Shown: piece after piece, positions 35,618 through 45,302 of the stretch
How the letters are laid out: the number at the start of each line of letters is the position of its first letter
Numbering within the stretch: position 1 is the stretch's first letter
Source of the DNA: Patescibacteria group bacterium
Lineage (GTDB): Bacteria > Patescibacteriota > Patescibacteriia > Patescibacteriales > UBA12465
DNA length: 64,000 bases
Direction: 5' to 3'
Assembly: GCA_041665845.1 (NCBI GenBank)
Contig: JBAYIC010000004.1
Location: 939-64,938 of the forward strand
Position numbers and translations under genes: made by a program
The notes under the pieces: model-generated
What the model saw: the letters and a program-made list of their open reading frames with translations, nothing else
Database searches by the model: none
Told to the model about the DNA's origin: nothing

Positions 35618-36670
35618 ATGAAAACACACCTCAAGCGCTTAGCGCAATCAAAAACGATGACCAAGGTAGTTTTACCAATTATTTTGGTTATAATTTTAGC
35701 TTTAATTGGTTATATGTCTTTTAAAAAGCCAGCTGGCGATAGTTCTAATACTGGTGCCAAAAATGGTATTTTTAATAGAGCAAAAAACCTAAATATCGAA
35801 GAAGCAAAAACAGCCGCCGAAACTTTCATTAATGGATTTTTGATGTCTGGAGCAAACAAAGCAACAATTAAAGAAATCACTGAATCATATGGACTTTACA
35901 AACTTAAAGTTGATATTGTAAGTGATGTTGTTGATTCATACATGACTAAGGACGGGAAATTCTTCTTCCCTCAAGCTTTCGATGTTGAACAAATGAGTGG
36001 ACAAGCCGCACCAGCTGCTGGAGCGAACGCTACTCCTACTCAACCAGTTGATTTACCAAAGAATGATAAACCAGTAGTTGAACTTTTTGTTATGAGCGAA
36101 TGTCCATATGGTACTCAAATTGAGAAAGGCATTGTACCGGTCGTAGAAGCTCTTGGTAAAAAGATTGACTTCCAATTAAAGTTCGTCGACTATGCGATGC
36201 ACGGCGAAGTCGAATTAAAAGAACAAATGGTTCAATATTGTATTAATACTGAGCAGAAAGATAAATTTCTTCCTTATTTGAAATGTTATCTAACTGCCGG
36301 AAAAAGCGCTGATTGTCTAAATTCAACCGGAGTTAACCAATCTAAGGTTGATTCTTGTGTTGCCGCTACTGATGCAAAATATAAAATAACCGATAACTTC
36401 AAAAATAAAGTTGGTTTCCAGGGAAGTTTCCCAGGCTTTGATATCCATAAGGCTGATAATACCAAATATGGTGTTGGCGGTTCTCCAACTTTAGTAATCA
36501 ATGGTAAGACGGCTGAATCCGGTCGCGACTCAGCTACTCTATTATCAACTATTTGCGCTGCCTTTAATAACCAACCAAAGGAATGCCAAACGACTTTATC
36601 TAGCGCTACTCCAGCGGCTGGGTTTGGAACTGGAACAACTGATGCTGCTGCTGCCGCAAGTTGTAATTAG
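35618..36670 (+). CDS. Membrane-anchored thioredoxin-fold (DsbA/GILT-like) protein
   Basis: N-terminal TM anchor, then FVMSECPYGTQ and GSPTLVINGK motifs of DsbA-like folds. It has CPYG rather than CxxC. Confidence 0.45.
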   Translation: MKTHLKRLAQSKTMTKVVLPIILVIILALIGYMSFKKPAGDSSNTGAKNGIFNRAKNLNIEEAKTAAETFINGFLMSGANKATIKEITESYGLYKLKVDIVSDVVDSYMTKDGKFFFPQAFDVEQMSGQAAPAAGANATPTQPVDLPKNDKPVVELFVMSECPYGTQIEKGIVPVVEALGKKIDFQLKFVDYAMHGEVELKEQMVQYCINTEQKDKFLPYLKCYLTAGKSADCLNSTGVNQSKVDSCVAATDAKYKITDNFKNKVGFQGSFPGFDIHKADNTKYGVGGSPTLVINGKTAESGRDSATLLSTICAAFNNQPKECQTTLSSATPAAGFGTGTTDAAAAASCN

Positions 36671-36782
36671 GTTGTAATTAAAAAGTTAATTAGTAGACTA
36701 TATAAAAAGGCTCGAGTATTCGAGCCTTTTTTATTATAAGTTTTAATGGCTAATGGTTGAGGTTGGATTTAAAATTGATCAG

Positions 36783-38018
36783 TTAAACACGTCCACGATA
36801 CTTCTCCGCCGCAATAATACGACTAATAGCTAAAGCGTAAGCCGCTTGGCGCAAAGTAGCCTTGCCGTTCCAAGAAGAATACTTATTGTAAACTCTCTCC
36901 CAATTAATTTTCATTTTTTTATCCAGCAATCCGCGTAAATATTCTTCATCTAAAATCTGCCCGGTTCGATTCTGTGCCCATTCAAAATAACTGGTAATTA
37001 CCCCTCCGGAATTAGCTAAAATATCAGGAACAATTATTTTTCCCAGTTCAAATAATATTTTATCAGCCTCGAAAGTAATCGGCCCATTAGCAAGTTCGAC
37101 GATATATTTTGCTTTTATCTTATGAGCATTATCAATCGTGATTTGATTCTCTAAAGCGGCTAAAATTAAAATATCAACTTCGCCCTCTAATAAATCAGCA
37201 TTTGAAATATTTAAAGTATTAGCGCCTTCAGTATAATTCTCTAGTTTTCCAGAAAGACGTTTAAACTCTGCCGCCGCCCTAACATCAAAACCGTCCGCCT
37301 TATATATTCCGCCTTTACTATCAGAAGCAGAGATTATTTTAAACCCATCATCAAACAGTTTTTCGGCAATAAAATAACCGGCATTACCAAAACCCTGAAT
37401 AGCAATTGTTAAATCTTTACGGCCATTTAAAAACTTATTGATTAGTTCTTTTATTACAACATAACCACCTTGAGCGGTCGCATCACCTCGCATTGCTATT
37501 CCGCCCAGCTCTACTGGTTTACCAGTAATCATACCCGGTTCATGATGCCCAACGGTTTTTTCAAATTCATCAAGCATCCAAGACATTATTTTCCCGTTAG
37601 TATAAACATCGGGCGCGGGAACATCCTTATCTTGGCCCAAATAATCAGCAAAAGTACGAGCATAGGCGCGACTAATTTTCTCTAACTCGGAATCATTAAA
37701 TTCTTTAGGATTAAATCTTATCCCTCCCTTAGCGCCACCATACGGGATATCAGCTAAAGAATTTTTTAAGGTCATCCAAAACGCTAAAGATTTAACTTCA
37801 TCCTCGTTAACGTCGGGATGAAATCTAATTCCCCCTTTTCCCGGGCCCAAGGCGCGATTATAAACTATTCTCCAGGCAGGATATTTTTTCCCATCTAACT
37901 CAATTTCTGCATATTTAGTCTGCACCGGTTCAAGAAGAACTTTTATATCTCGATCACTTATTCCTTCGAGTTCTTGAATTTCCTTGAGCCTATTTAAATT
38001 ATCATTAAATATACTCAT
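36783..38018 (-). CDS. gdhA: Glu/Leu/Phe/Val dehydrogenase family (glutamate dehydrogenase-like)
   Basis: GPGKGGIRFHP, PYGGAKGGI, Rossmann motif IQGFGNAG. Confidence 0.9.
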   Translation of the reverse strand: MSIFNDNLNRLKEIQELEGISDRDIKVLLEPVQTKYAEIELDGKKYPAWRIVYNRALGPGKGGIRFHPDVNEDEVKSLAFWMTLKNSLADIPYGGAKGGIRFNPKEFNDSELEKISRAYARTFADYLGQDKDVPAPDVYTNGKIMSWMLDEFEKTVGHHEPGMITGKPVELGGIAMRGDATAQGGYVVIKELINKFLNGRKDLTIAIQGFGNAGYFIAEKLFDDGFKIISASDSKGGIYKADGFDVRAAAEFKRLSGKLENYTEGANTLNISNADLLEGEVDILILAALENQITIDNAHKIKAKYIVELANGPITFEADKILFELGKIIVPDILANSGGVITSYFEWAQNRTGQILDEEYLRGLLDKKMKINWERVYNKYSSWNGKATLRQAAYALAISRIIAAEKYRGRV

Positions 38019-38032
38019 AACTTTTTATTTTA

Positions 38033-38362
38033 TTAAATTAAGCCCTCGATTTCCCCTTGCAGAGATTCTTTATTTCTCATACCAATAAATTCACCAATAA
38101 TTTTACCGCCCTTGAAAAGTTTCATATTAGGAATGCTCTGAATTTGATACTCCATCGCTAAATCTTGATTTTCACCATCTTCAGTATTCACCTTAGCAAT
38201 TTTAACTTTGCCAGCCATACTAACTGCTAATTCATCAAGAATCGGCGCCATCATTTGACAAGGCATACACCATGGAGCCCAAAAATCGACTAAAACCGGG
38301 AGATCGCTATTTAAAACTTCCGTTTGAAAATTACTCTTACTTAATTCCATTGCTTTTGACAT
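38033..38362 (-). CDS. trxA: Thioredoxin
   Basis: 109 aa, active site WAPWCMPCQ. Confidence 0.9.
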   Translation of the reverse strand: MSKAMELSKSNFQTEVLNSDLPVLVDFWAPWCMPCQMMAPILDELAVSMAGKVKIAKVNTEDGENQDLAMEYQIQSIPNMKLFKGGKIIGEFIGMRNKESLQGEIEGLI

Positions 38363-38372
38363 AAATTTATTT

Positions 38373-38615
38373 TTATTTGTTAATTAATTCTTTAAATATT
38401 TTTTCCATTCTTGCTTGGCTCTTATTTTTATCGCTTAGTAAACAATAATTAAATTCATCCGTAATGATTTTTTCCATTAAAGAAGACATGGCTGATTTAA
38501 TTGCTTTAAGTTGAATAATTAAATCGACGCAATCTTTCGGACTGTTAGCAAGCATTTTTTTAATCCCCTCGAGTTGCCCAATAATATTATTAATTCTTTG
38601 TTCACTTGTTTTCAT
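38373..38615 (-). CDS. CsoR/RcnR-family metal- or thiol-responsive repressor (Cys-x-Cys type)
   Basis: RINNIIGQLEGIKKML...DCVDLIIQLKAIKSA pattern of DUF156/CsoR. The track start is GTG at 38636, inside the promoter; the ATG is at 38615. Confidence 0.8.
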   Translation of the reverse strand: MKTSEQRINNIIGQLEGIKKMLANSPKDCVDLIIQLKAIKSAMSSLMEKIITDEFNYCLLSDKNKSQARMEKIFKELINK

Positions 38616-38622
38616 ATCTTTT

Positions 38623-38652
38623 ATATTAGCATACACCCCCCAGGGGTGTCAA
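38623..38652 (-). promoter_or_regulatory. Promoter with embedded CsoR-type operator
   Basis: TTGACA (38652-38647), 18 nt, TAATAT (38628-38623). The GC-rich inverted repeat ACACCCC-cca-GGGGTGT (38633-38649) spans the spacer and the -35 box. The ATG is 7 nt after the -10 box. Confidence 0.6.
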
Positions 38653-38686
38653 GAAGATAAAAAAAATAAGACTTATTATGATTTTT

Positions 38687-39391
38687 TTAGTTTAAAGTTA
38701 GCCAATAATTATACTTGTCTTTTTTAATTTTAATATTTTTAAAACCGGCTTGTTTAGAAATACTTATCAACTCTTTTTTAGTAAAGGCGTGATAATAACG
38801 GCTGCTTATTTCTTGGCCTTCCTTGTTTTTCCAGGGGAAAATAATATCGCCAAAATCTATCTCGCTGCGGCCAATAATTTTTTTCCAGGCTTGTTTTAAA
38901 ATTAAATTGCGATGGCGACTAGCCCAAAGATTCCAATTACTAATTATGATCTTCCCGTTCGGCGCTAGAAATGCACGTAAATTTTCTAGTAGCCTAACCC
39001 TTAAGCTTTGGCTGGGAATATGCTGCAAAACGGCTAAACAAAAAATGTAATTAAATTTTTCTTTACCAAACTTTTCTAAATCAGTGAAAGATAATTCTGT
39101 AAGCTCGGCTTCTAAAAATTTATAATCTGGATAATTTTTTTGAGCCAACGCGATAAGTTCTGCGCTATTATCTATTCCTAAATAATTAATTTCTTTGGTT
39201 TTTAGCGTCTCTAATAAGCGCCCATTACCGCAACCAGCATCTAGTATTTTATCTTCATCTAAAACTTGCTCAGTAAAATTTCTAATCTCCGGCCAAATTT
39301 CTTTTTTTCTAGTTACATCAAAATCGGCCGCGATTTTATCATAGCTATTTTTTGATAATTCTAATAAATTTTTAGTGGTTTTTTTATCCAT
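38687..39391 (-). CDS. Class I SAM-dependent methyltransferase
   Basis: Motif I ILDAGCGNGR. TAATG overlap with the recQ stop. Confidence 0.8.
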   Translation of the reverse strand: MDKKTTKNLLELSKNSYDKIAADFDVTRKKEIWPEIRNFTEQVLDEDKILDAGCGNGRLLETLKTKEINYLGIDNSAELIALAQKNYPDYKFLEAELTELSFTDLEKFGKEKFNYIFCLAVLQHIPSQSLRVRLLENLRAFLAPNGKIIISNWNLWASRHRNLILKQAWKKIIGRSEIDFGDIIFPWKNKEGQEISSRYYHAFTKKELISISKQAGFKNIKIKKDKYNYWLTLN

Positions 39392-41166
39392 TATTCACTA
39401 ATTAAATATTCTCGTTTGTCTCCACCTGTTTGTTTGAGCTTTTGCAGTCTTGAGCAACTATCACATTTTCCGCATGGCCGCGCATTCATATCGCCAAAAT
39501 AATTCAAAATATATTCTTGGCGGCAACCGGTATGATACACATAAGCCTCCATCTCATCTAGTTTCTCATAAGCTCGAGCGGATTTTTCTTTTAATGCTTT
39601 AAAATCTAAATTAATATCCTCTGGCTCAACAATTTTTAAAACTTTGATTTCCGTCCCTCTAAAAGGCGGCCGATATTCAACTAAATCTTTTTCCGCTAAT
39701 TTTTTCACCGCCCTAGTAAGAGAATCTTTCTTGATTTTTAAAACAACGGATACTTCTTCTGGACTAAATTCCCAGCCCGTCTCTAATTCCCGGCTATACT
39801 TTTCGGCTAATTTTCCCCAGACTTCTTTTTGAGATTTTGATCTTTTGCTAATTGAAGCATCTATTTCTATTAGTGGTTTTTTTGCTTTCAAAAACGAACT
39901 GGAAGTTTTTTCATTTGGCCGGGAAATATAACCGCCTTTTTCTAATAATTTTAGAGCTGTGCCAATCGCCATTTCCGGAGTCGATTCCGATAAATTTTGT
40001 GCTATTTCGGCATAAGTAACTAAAATTGAGCTCATCGGATCAATTTCTAGTTCAGCGCGTCTTAAAATAAAATCAAAAATTTCAATTACTATTCTTGGTT
40101 CCGGATTATCGCCTTTAATAAAAAATTCCCGCAAATATCTATCTTGTTGATGATAGAATAAGAGACAAAAACTATCAATTCCATCTCGACCTGCTCGGCC
40201 CGCTTCTTGATAATAGGCTTCAACGGTACCAGGCAAATCATGGTGAATAACAAAACGAATATCTTTCTTATTAATCCCTAATCCAAAAGCATTAGTTGCA
40301 ACGACAACTTGCGCTTCACCGCGCATAAATTGTTCTTGCACCCAATCGCGGCTACTAGCATCCATACCAGCATGATAAACAACCGCCTTAACATCATTAT
40401 CAATTAATAGTTCAACAATTTCATCGGCTTTCGATCTCGTTCCCGCGTAAATTATTCCCGAACCTAAATCAGGATTAGTAATTAAAAAATTTAAAATATG
40501 TTCTAGTTTTTGACCGTTTTGTGAAGGAATGACCGCTAATTGTAAATTAGGACGAGCAAAACCAGTTAAAACTACTTCTGGGTCTTTTAAATTAAGTTGT
40601 TTTATAATATCGTCTCTCACTTCTGGCGTCGCAGTTGCCGTTAAGGCTACGACCGGCGGCTTACCAACAAACTTAATTGCTTCTTTAAGCCTTAAATAGC
40701 TGGGACGAAAATCATGCCCCCATTGGCTTACGCAATGCGCCTCATCAACGGCAAATAATGAAACTTTAATATTTTTAAGTTCTGTTAAGAATTGTTGATT
40801 ATAAAAACGCTCCGGCGCGATATAAACTATTTTATAAAAACCTGATTTAATTTTTACTAAACGCGCCGCAGTTTCATCCGGTGAAATAGAAGAATTGATA
40901 AAAGTTGCCGGAATACCAACTTTATCTAAAGAATCTACCTGATCTTTCATAAGAGCAATCAGTGGTGAAATAACAATCGTTACCCCCTCAAGAACTAGAG
41001 CTGGAAGTTGAAAAATTAAAGATTTACCGGCTCCGGTCGGTAAAATAACCATCGTATCTTGGCCTTTTAAAATATTATCAATCGCTCTTTCTTGCCCAGG
41101 CCGAAAAGAATCATAACCGAAATGAATTTTCAAAAGCTCTAGTAATTGTTGTTTTTTATGCATCAT
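39391..41166 (-). CDS. recQ: ATP-dependent DNA helicase RecQ
   Basis: [44 protein letters not shown]-terminal Zn-binding CRQ...CGKCDSC. Confidence 0.9.
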   Translation of the reverse strand: MMHKKQQLLELLKIHFGYDSFRPGQERAIDNILKGQDTMVILPTGAGKSLIFQLPALVLEGVTIVISPLIALMKDQVDSLDKVGIPATFINSSISPDETAARLVKIKSGFYKIVYIAPERFYNQQFLTELKNIKVSLFAVDEAHCVSQWGHDFRPSYLRLKEAIKFVGKPPVVALTATATPEVRDDIIKQLNLKDPEVVLTGFARPNLQLAVIPSQNGQKLEHILNFLITNPDLGSGIIYAGTRSKADEIVELLIDNDVKAVVYHAGMDASSRDWVQEQFMRGEAQVVVATNAFGLGINKKDIRFVIHHDLPGTVEAYYQEAGRAGRDGIDSFCLLFYHQQDRYLREFFIKGDNPEPRIVIEIFDFILRRAELEIDPMSSILVTYAEIAQNLSESTPEMAIGTALKLLEKGGYISRPNEKTSSSFLKAKKPLIEIDASISKRSKSQKEVWGKLAEKYSRELETGWEFSPEEVSVVLKIKKDSLTRAVKKLAEKDLVEYRPPFRGTEIKVLKIVEPEDINLDFKALKEKSARAYEKLDEMEAYVYHTGCRQEYILNYFGDMNARPCGKCDSCSRLQKLKQTGGDKREYLISE

Positions 41167-41244
41167 TGACAGAAATCGTTAAAGGTTGTACACTTATTTA
41201 GTTAGTTATTAGTATAGTTCATTTTAAAAACCAAAAAAATCGCG

Positions 41245-41607
41245 ATGAAAAGAAAATTATTTTTAATGCTCGCTACACCTATTGCTGACTTGTTTGACGC
41301 AACCATGACATTTTTCGATAGTATTATCGATGGTATAATGTTGTTCTTGCACAACGCAGTCGCCTTTTTCCGGGAGTCCCCGCTGAGCAGAGGGAGGTTT
41401 ATTCTCCATATTCTCGCTATGGGGCTTCTCTCTGTGGTGTTTATCTGGGGAGGAATTCATTTATTCCAAACCCAAGATTTCTCTGGGTTAGTGTTTGTTC
41501 TTGTTGGTTTGCTAGCTTTTCTTGCTAGCATTGGAGGAATTAATCGCCCAGCCGCCCAAAAATGGTGGGACAAAAAGTTCCCGCCAACTCCTCAAACTAA
41601 CGACTAA
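41245..41607 (+). CDS. Hypothetical membrane protein (120 aa)
   Basis: ORF with two or three hydrophobic helices. Confidence 0.45.
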   Translation: MKRKLFLMLATPIADLFDATMTFFDSIIDGIMLFLHNAVAFFRESPLSRGRFILHILAMGLLSVVFIWGGIHLFQTQDFSGLVFVLVGLLAFLASIGGINRPAAQKWWDKKFPPTPQTND

Positions 41608-41665
41608 TTCTAACCAAAATAGTTTTTAGTTCTTTTAAATCATCTTCCCTGGGAGGTGATTTTTT

Positions 41666-42472
41666 TTATTCTTTTATTAGTCCAAAACGACGACTAAATA
41701 TCTCTAGAACATTTTTAAATAAAAAAGCAACCGTCATCGGACCAATGCCGCCAGGAACCGGAGTTATATAAGAAGCTTTATTTTTTACATCTTCATAATC
41801 CGTATCACCATACACAATATCGCCGACTTTAGAAATACCAATATCAATTATCACCGCGTCCTCTTTTATCATTTCTTTTTTAATTTTATTAGGTTCACCA
41901 AGCGCGGTAACAATTAAGTCTGCTTGCTTTAAATTTTCTCGTTTGCAAATTTTAAACCCGGCCGCTAAAACTGTTTCTTCAAGTCCTTGTCCAAAAATAT
42001 CAGAATTATAAAGAGCACAGGCCGTCTTTCCCTGACCCGACATTTTTATTTCTTCCAAACAGGCACTAACCGAAGCTAAAACCGGAGAAAGAATATAATC
42101 AGGATGTTGCGGATGAAAACCATCAACGTCTTTATTGGGATCGAGAGCAGAAATAATTTTATCAGTTTCAAACTTCGCCGGCAAAGGTAATTGTACTAAA
42201 ATTCCGTCTATTGTTTCATCCTTATTTAAGAATTCAATCACCGCTAATAATTCTTTTTCTGAAGTATTGGCATCAAGCTGATATAAATGAGTATCAACTC
42301 CGACCTTCTTACCTTCTTTTTGTTTTAAGGCAACATAAATTTTAGAGTCCTCACGTTCTCCCACTAAAATAATGGCCAAGTTTGGTCTTGGTCCATTAAG
42401 TTTATGTATTGTATAGGCGACTTCGTCTTTTATTCTTTCCGCAATCGCTCGTCCATCTATTAATTTAACCAT
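41666..42472 (-). CDS. folD: Bifunctional methylenetetrahydrofolate dehydrogenase/cyclohydrolase
   Basis: LIDGRAIA N-terminus, ILVQLPLP, PVPGGIGPMT. Confidence 0.9.
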   Translation of the reverse strand: MVKLIDGRAIAERIKDEVAYTIHKLNGPRPNLAIILVGEREDSKIYVALKQKEGKKVGVDTHLYQLDANTSEKELLAVIEFLNKDETIDGILVQLPLPAKFETDKIISALDPNKDVDGFHPQHPDYILSPVLASVSACLEEIKMSGQGKTACALYNSDIFGQGLEETVLAAGFKICKRENLKQADLIVTALGEPNKIKKEMIKEDAVIIDIGISKVGDIVYGDTDYEDVKNKASYITPVPGGIGPMTVAFLFKNVLEIFSRRFGLIKE

Positions 42473-42480
42473 AATGCTTT

Positions 42481-43725
42481 TTATTTAGTCGGAATGGGAA
42501 ATTTAGCGCATAAGTTTTTAATTGTTTCTTTAATCGCAGCTAATTTATTTTCATCTTCTTTATTCATTAAGGCTTCATCCATTAAAGCAACAATTAATTT
42601 CATCTCATTTTCTTTCATTCCTCTGGTCGTAATGGCTGGAGTTCCTAATCTAACACCGGAAGGATTCATCGGTGGATTTGGATCATTAGGAATTGTTGAA
42701 CGAGAAACAGAAATCCCAATTTTTTCCCAAGTAGTTTCCGCTTCCTTTCCGGCTAAACCCTTGCTGCTTAAATCAACCACCATTAAATGATTATCCGTTC
42801 CGCCGGAAACTATTTTATAACCGAGATTTATAAATTCTTCTGCCATCGTTTTAGCATTACTAATTATTTGGCGAGAATATTCGATAAATTCCGGTTTTAG
42901 AGCTTCACCAAAAGCAACGGCTTTAGCGGCGGTAATATGATCATGAGGTCCGCCCTGCATTCCCGGAAAAACCGCGCTATTTACCTGCTTAGCAAATTTT
43001 TCTTTGCACATGATAATTGCTCCGCGCGGACCTCTTAAGGTTTTATGAGTTGTAGTTGAAACAACATCAAAAATCGGAACCGGATTTTTCAATTGTTTTC
43101 CGGCAATCAGTCCAGCAATATGAGCAATATCGGCAAAAGTATAGGCTCCAACTTCATCAGCAATATCTTTAAATTTTTGCCAATCAATTTCTCTTGAATA
43201 GGCGCTAAAACCAGCAACTATCATTTTTGGTTTTTCCCGCAGGGCAATTTCCCTTACTTCATCCATATCAATAATTCCAGTTTCTAAGTTAACGCCATAT
43301 TGAACGAAGTTATACAAACGTCCGGAGAAATTAACTTTATGGCCATGTGATAAATGTCCACCATGATCTAATCTTAAGCCCAAAACTTTATCTCCCGGAT
43401 TCAAAAAAGCCATATAAACAGCGGCGTTAGCCGGTGAACCGGATAGCGGTTGAACATTAACGTGTTCGGCCTCAAATAATTTTTTGACTCTTTCAATCGC
43501 TAAATCTTCAATATCATCAATAATATAATTTCCGCCATAATATCTATGTCCGGAATAGCCTTCGCTGTATTTATTGGTTAAAACTGTTGCCATCGCCTCC
43601 AAAACAGCCGGAGAAACATAGTTTTCTGAGGCAATTAATTCTAACTCCTCGTTTTGTCTTGTTTCTTCTCGTTCTATAATCTCAAAAACTGTTGGATCTT
43701 GATTTTTTAGATGGTCGTATTGCAT
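42481..43725 (-). CDS. glyA: Serine hydroxymethyltransferase
   Basis: SENYVSPAV, YSEGYSGHRYYGG, TTTHKTLRGPRG. The track TTG start at 43779 is the -35 TTGACA of the gene's own promoter; the ATG is at 43725. Confidence 0.95.
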   Translation of the reverse strand: MQYDHLKNQDPTVFEIIEREETRQNEELELIASENYVSPAVLEAMATVLTNKYSEGYSGHRYYGGNYIIDDIEDLAIERVKKLFEAEHVNVQPLSGSPANAAVYMAFLNPGDKVLGLRLDHGGHLSHGHKVNFSGRLYNFVQYGVNLETGIIDMDEVREIALREKPKMIVAGFSAYSREIDWQKFKDIADEVGAYTFADIAHIAGLIAGKQLKNPVPIFDVVSTTTHKTLRGPRGAIIMCKEKFAKQVNSAVFPGMQGGPHDHITAAKAVAFGEALKPEFIEYSRQIISNAKTMAEEFINLGYKIVSGGTDNHLMVVDLSSKGLAGKEAETTWEKIGISVSRSTIPNDPNPPMNPSGVRLGTPAITTRGMKENEMKLIVALMDEALMNKEDENKLAAIKETIKNLCAKFPIPTK

Positions 43726-43789
43726 ATTTTTGTAATTATTAACTACTTTTATCTTATCTCTGCAGTTTGATTTTGTCAAAAATCTTTTT

Positions 43790-44488
43790 TTATTTTATTT
43801 GACGAAATAATGGCCCATACATATCCTCTTTAATATCAATTTTTAGCTCATTTTTATTGATACGCTCAGTATATTCTACCGGAGCTTCTTTAATTAAAGC
43901 TAACGGCTTTTGTTCATTCCCTTCTCCCATGCAAAATACGGCCGCCGTTGCTAAACTATCAACCACATCTACTCGTTCATAAACAAAGGGCCGCTTGAAT
44001 ATATCGCGTTTACCATAATATTTTTTTAATCCCTTGAATCCGGCATAACCGGTTGCGACGCCAACAACGCCGGCCCGCAAAGGTAAACAACGACTATCGG
44101 TTATAATAACGCCTAATTCTTTTAGCTTATATTTAGCACAAAAATATTTTCTAATTTTTACGGCCGATTTAAAACTATCAAGCGGTAAAAGAATTAGATT
44201 CCCATTAGCATTGCTTTCGTCAATTCCGGCGTTAGCCATCGCCTCTCCATTTTTAATCGTTAAAAAAACGTATTTAGTCTTTAATGTAAATTCACTTTCC
44301 GCTTTAATGATTCTTTCTTTATCTTTTTTATTAGTATACTTCACAAAACGACCCTCCGCTAAAGCAACAATTTTTGAAGTAACTATCAAAATACTTCTTT
44401 CGGAAATTTTTGGTAAATATTGTTCAATAAAAGAAATTAAATTTTCGTTTGGTTTAAATATTTTTGTTTTGAATGCTTTTATTTTCAT
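43790..44488 (-). CDS. CofE-family (F420-0:gamma-glutamyl ligase-like) protein
   Basis: SKIVALAEGR and ANAGIDESNA motifs of the CofE fold. It lies directly upstream of glyA-folD. Confidence 0.7.
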   Translation of the reverse strand: MKIKAFKTKIFKPNENLISFIEQYLPKISERSILIVTSKIVALAEGRFVKYTNKKDKERIIKAESEFTLKTKYVFLTIKNGEAMANAGIDESNANGNLILLPLDSFKSAVKIRKYFCAKYKLKELGVIITDSRCLPLRAGVVGVATGYAGFKGLKKYYGKRDIFKRPFVYERVDVVDSLATAAVFCMGEGNEQKPLALIKEAPVEYTERINKNELKIDIKEDMYGPLFRQIK

Positions 44489-45110
44489 ATTTTAAGAAAT
44501 AAATACCTAGATAAGATAGGGGCGTATACAAAAATCCGATGGCGATTTTATACAAGTACCAAGGAATGCTCATCAAAATTAGGGTTTTGAGTGAATAAAC
44601 TCCTAAGAAAGCAATCGCCATGAAAACTACGGTATCTAATAATTGTGACCAGAGATTTGATAAATTAGACTGCAACCAAAAGGCTTTATTATTTAATTTT
44701 TTCTTAAAAAAGAAAAAAGCATAAACATCTTGATACTCAGCAATTAAATAAGCAAACAGCGAAGCAACCGACATCCTCAGTGAAATTCCAAATATCGTAT
44801 TAAAACTATCTTTAAACTTTAAGCCGCTTTCTGCCCAAGGTAAGGCCAAGGAAACAAGCGAATATATCATAAATAAACAAATACTGATAAACCCCGCTAA
44901 AACGAAAGTTTTAGCCATTTCTTTTCCATAAACTTGTCCGATTACATCAGTTGTTAAAAATACAAAGGGAAAAAAGAAAACCGCAACTGATAAATGCGTT
45001 CCAAAAATGAAAGGCATTATTTTCAAACCGAGAGTATTGGCGGCGAGCAGTGAAACAAGATAAAAAACTAAGGCGATAATAATCTTAAAGTTTATTTTTT
45101 CTAAAATCAT
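44454..45110 (-). CDS. YhhQ/VUT-family queuosine-precursor transporter-like membrane protein
   Basis: FPFVFLTTDV, ASLFAYLIAEYQDVYAF and LWSQLLDTVVFMAIAF align with the FPFIFLATDL / ASFMAYALGQILDVHVF / LFGNVSDTLAFFFIAF regions of E. coli YhhQ as I recall them. Confidence 0.75.
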   Translation of the reverse strand: MILEKINFKIIIALVFYLVSLLAANTLGLKIMPFIFGTHLSVAVFFFPFVFLTTDVIGQVYGKEMAKTFVLAGFISICLFMIYSLVSLALPWAESGLKFKDSFNTIFGISLRMSVASLFAYLIAEYQDVYAFFFFKKKLNNKAFWLQSNLSNLWSQLLDTVVFMAIAFLGVYSLKTLILMSIPWYLYKIAIGFLYTPLSYLGIYFLKYENKSIQNKNI

Positions 45111-45125
45111 AGATATAAGTAATTA

Positions 45126-45182
45126 AATAAATAAAAACGCCCCGGAAGGACGCTTTAAGAAAAATCAAAAAGTTCTCCGGGC
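45126..45182 (-). promoter_or_regulatory. Terminator-like hairpin in the leader of the YhhQ-like gene (candidate attenuator)
   Basis: Minus strand GCCCGGAGAAC (45182-45172), 20-nt loop, GUCCUUCCGGGGC (45151-45139), then a U-run. It sits about 30 nt before the ATG. Confidence 0.35.
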
Positions 45183-45302
45183 TAAAAAACTGAACGGATT
45201 GAAACAAACCCCGACCAAGTTGTGATATTTCTGGTAATCAACATATGAGTATTATTATTGCATACTTGTTTAAATATAACAAATAGAGGCTCGGCTCGTC
45301 AT

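Noticed and set aside
43726-43779. N-terminal extensions of several track ORFs that begin with TTG or GTG (glyA 43779, rnc 1887, fusion gene 9714, EamA 17904, asparaginase 18771, csoR-like 38636, trmH 58293, flippase 33163, pilin-like 33273, NUDIX 15191, dnaA 63896).
   Set aside because: Translating the DNA shows non-ATG first codons. Several lie within promoter hexamers or overlap neighbouring genes, and a downstream ATG gives the canonical protein N-terminus. For dnaA the frame stays open to the window edge, so the gene is truncated rather than TTG-initiated.
45183-45302. Canonical preQ1-I riboswitch upstream of the YhhQ-like gene.
   Set aside because: I could not find the short P1 hairpin followed by the conserved A-rich tail. 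Only a terminator-like hairpin is evident, so the aptamer class is left open.
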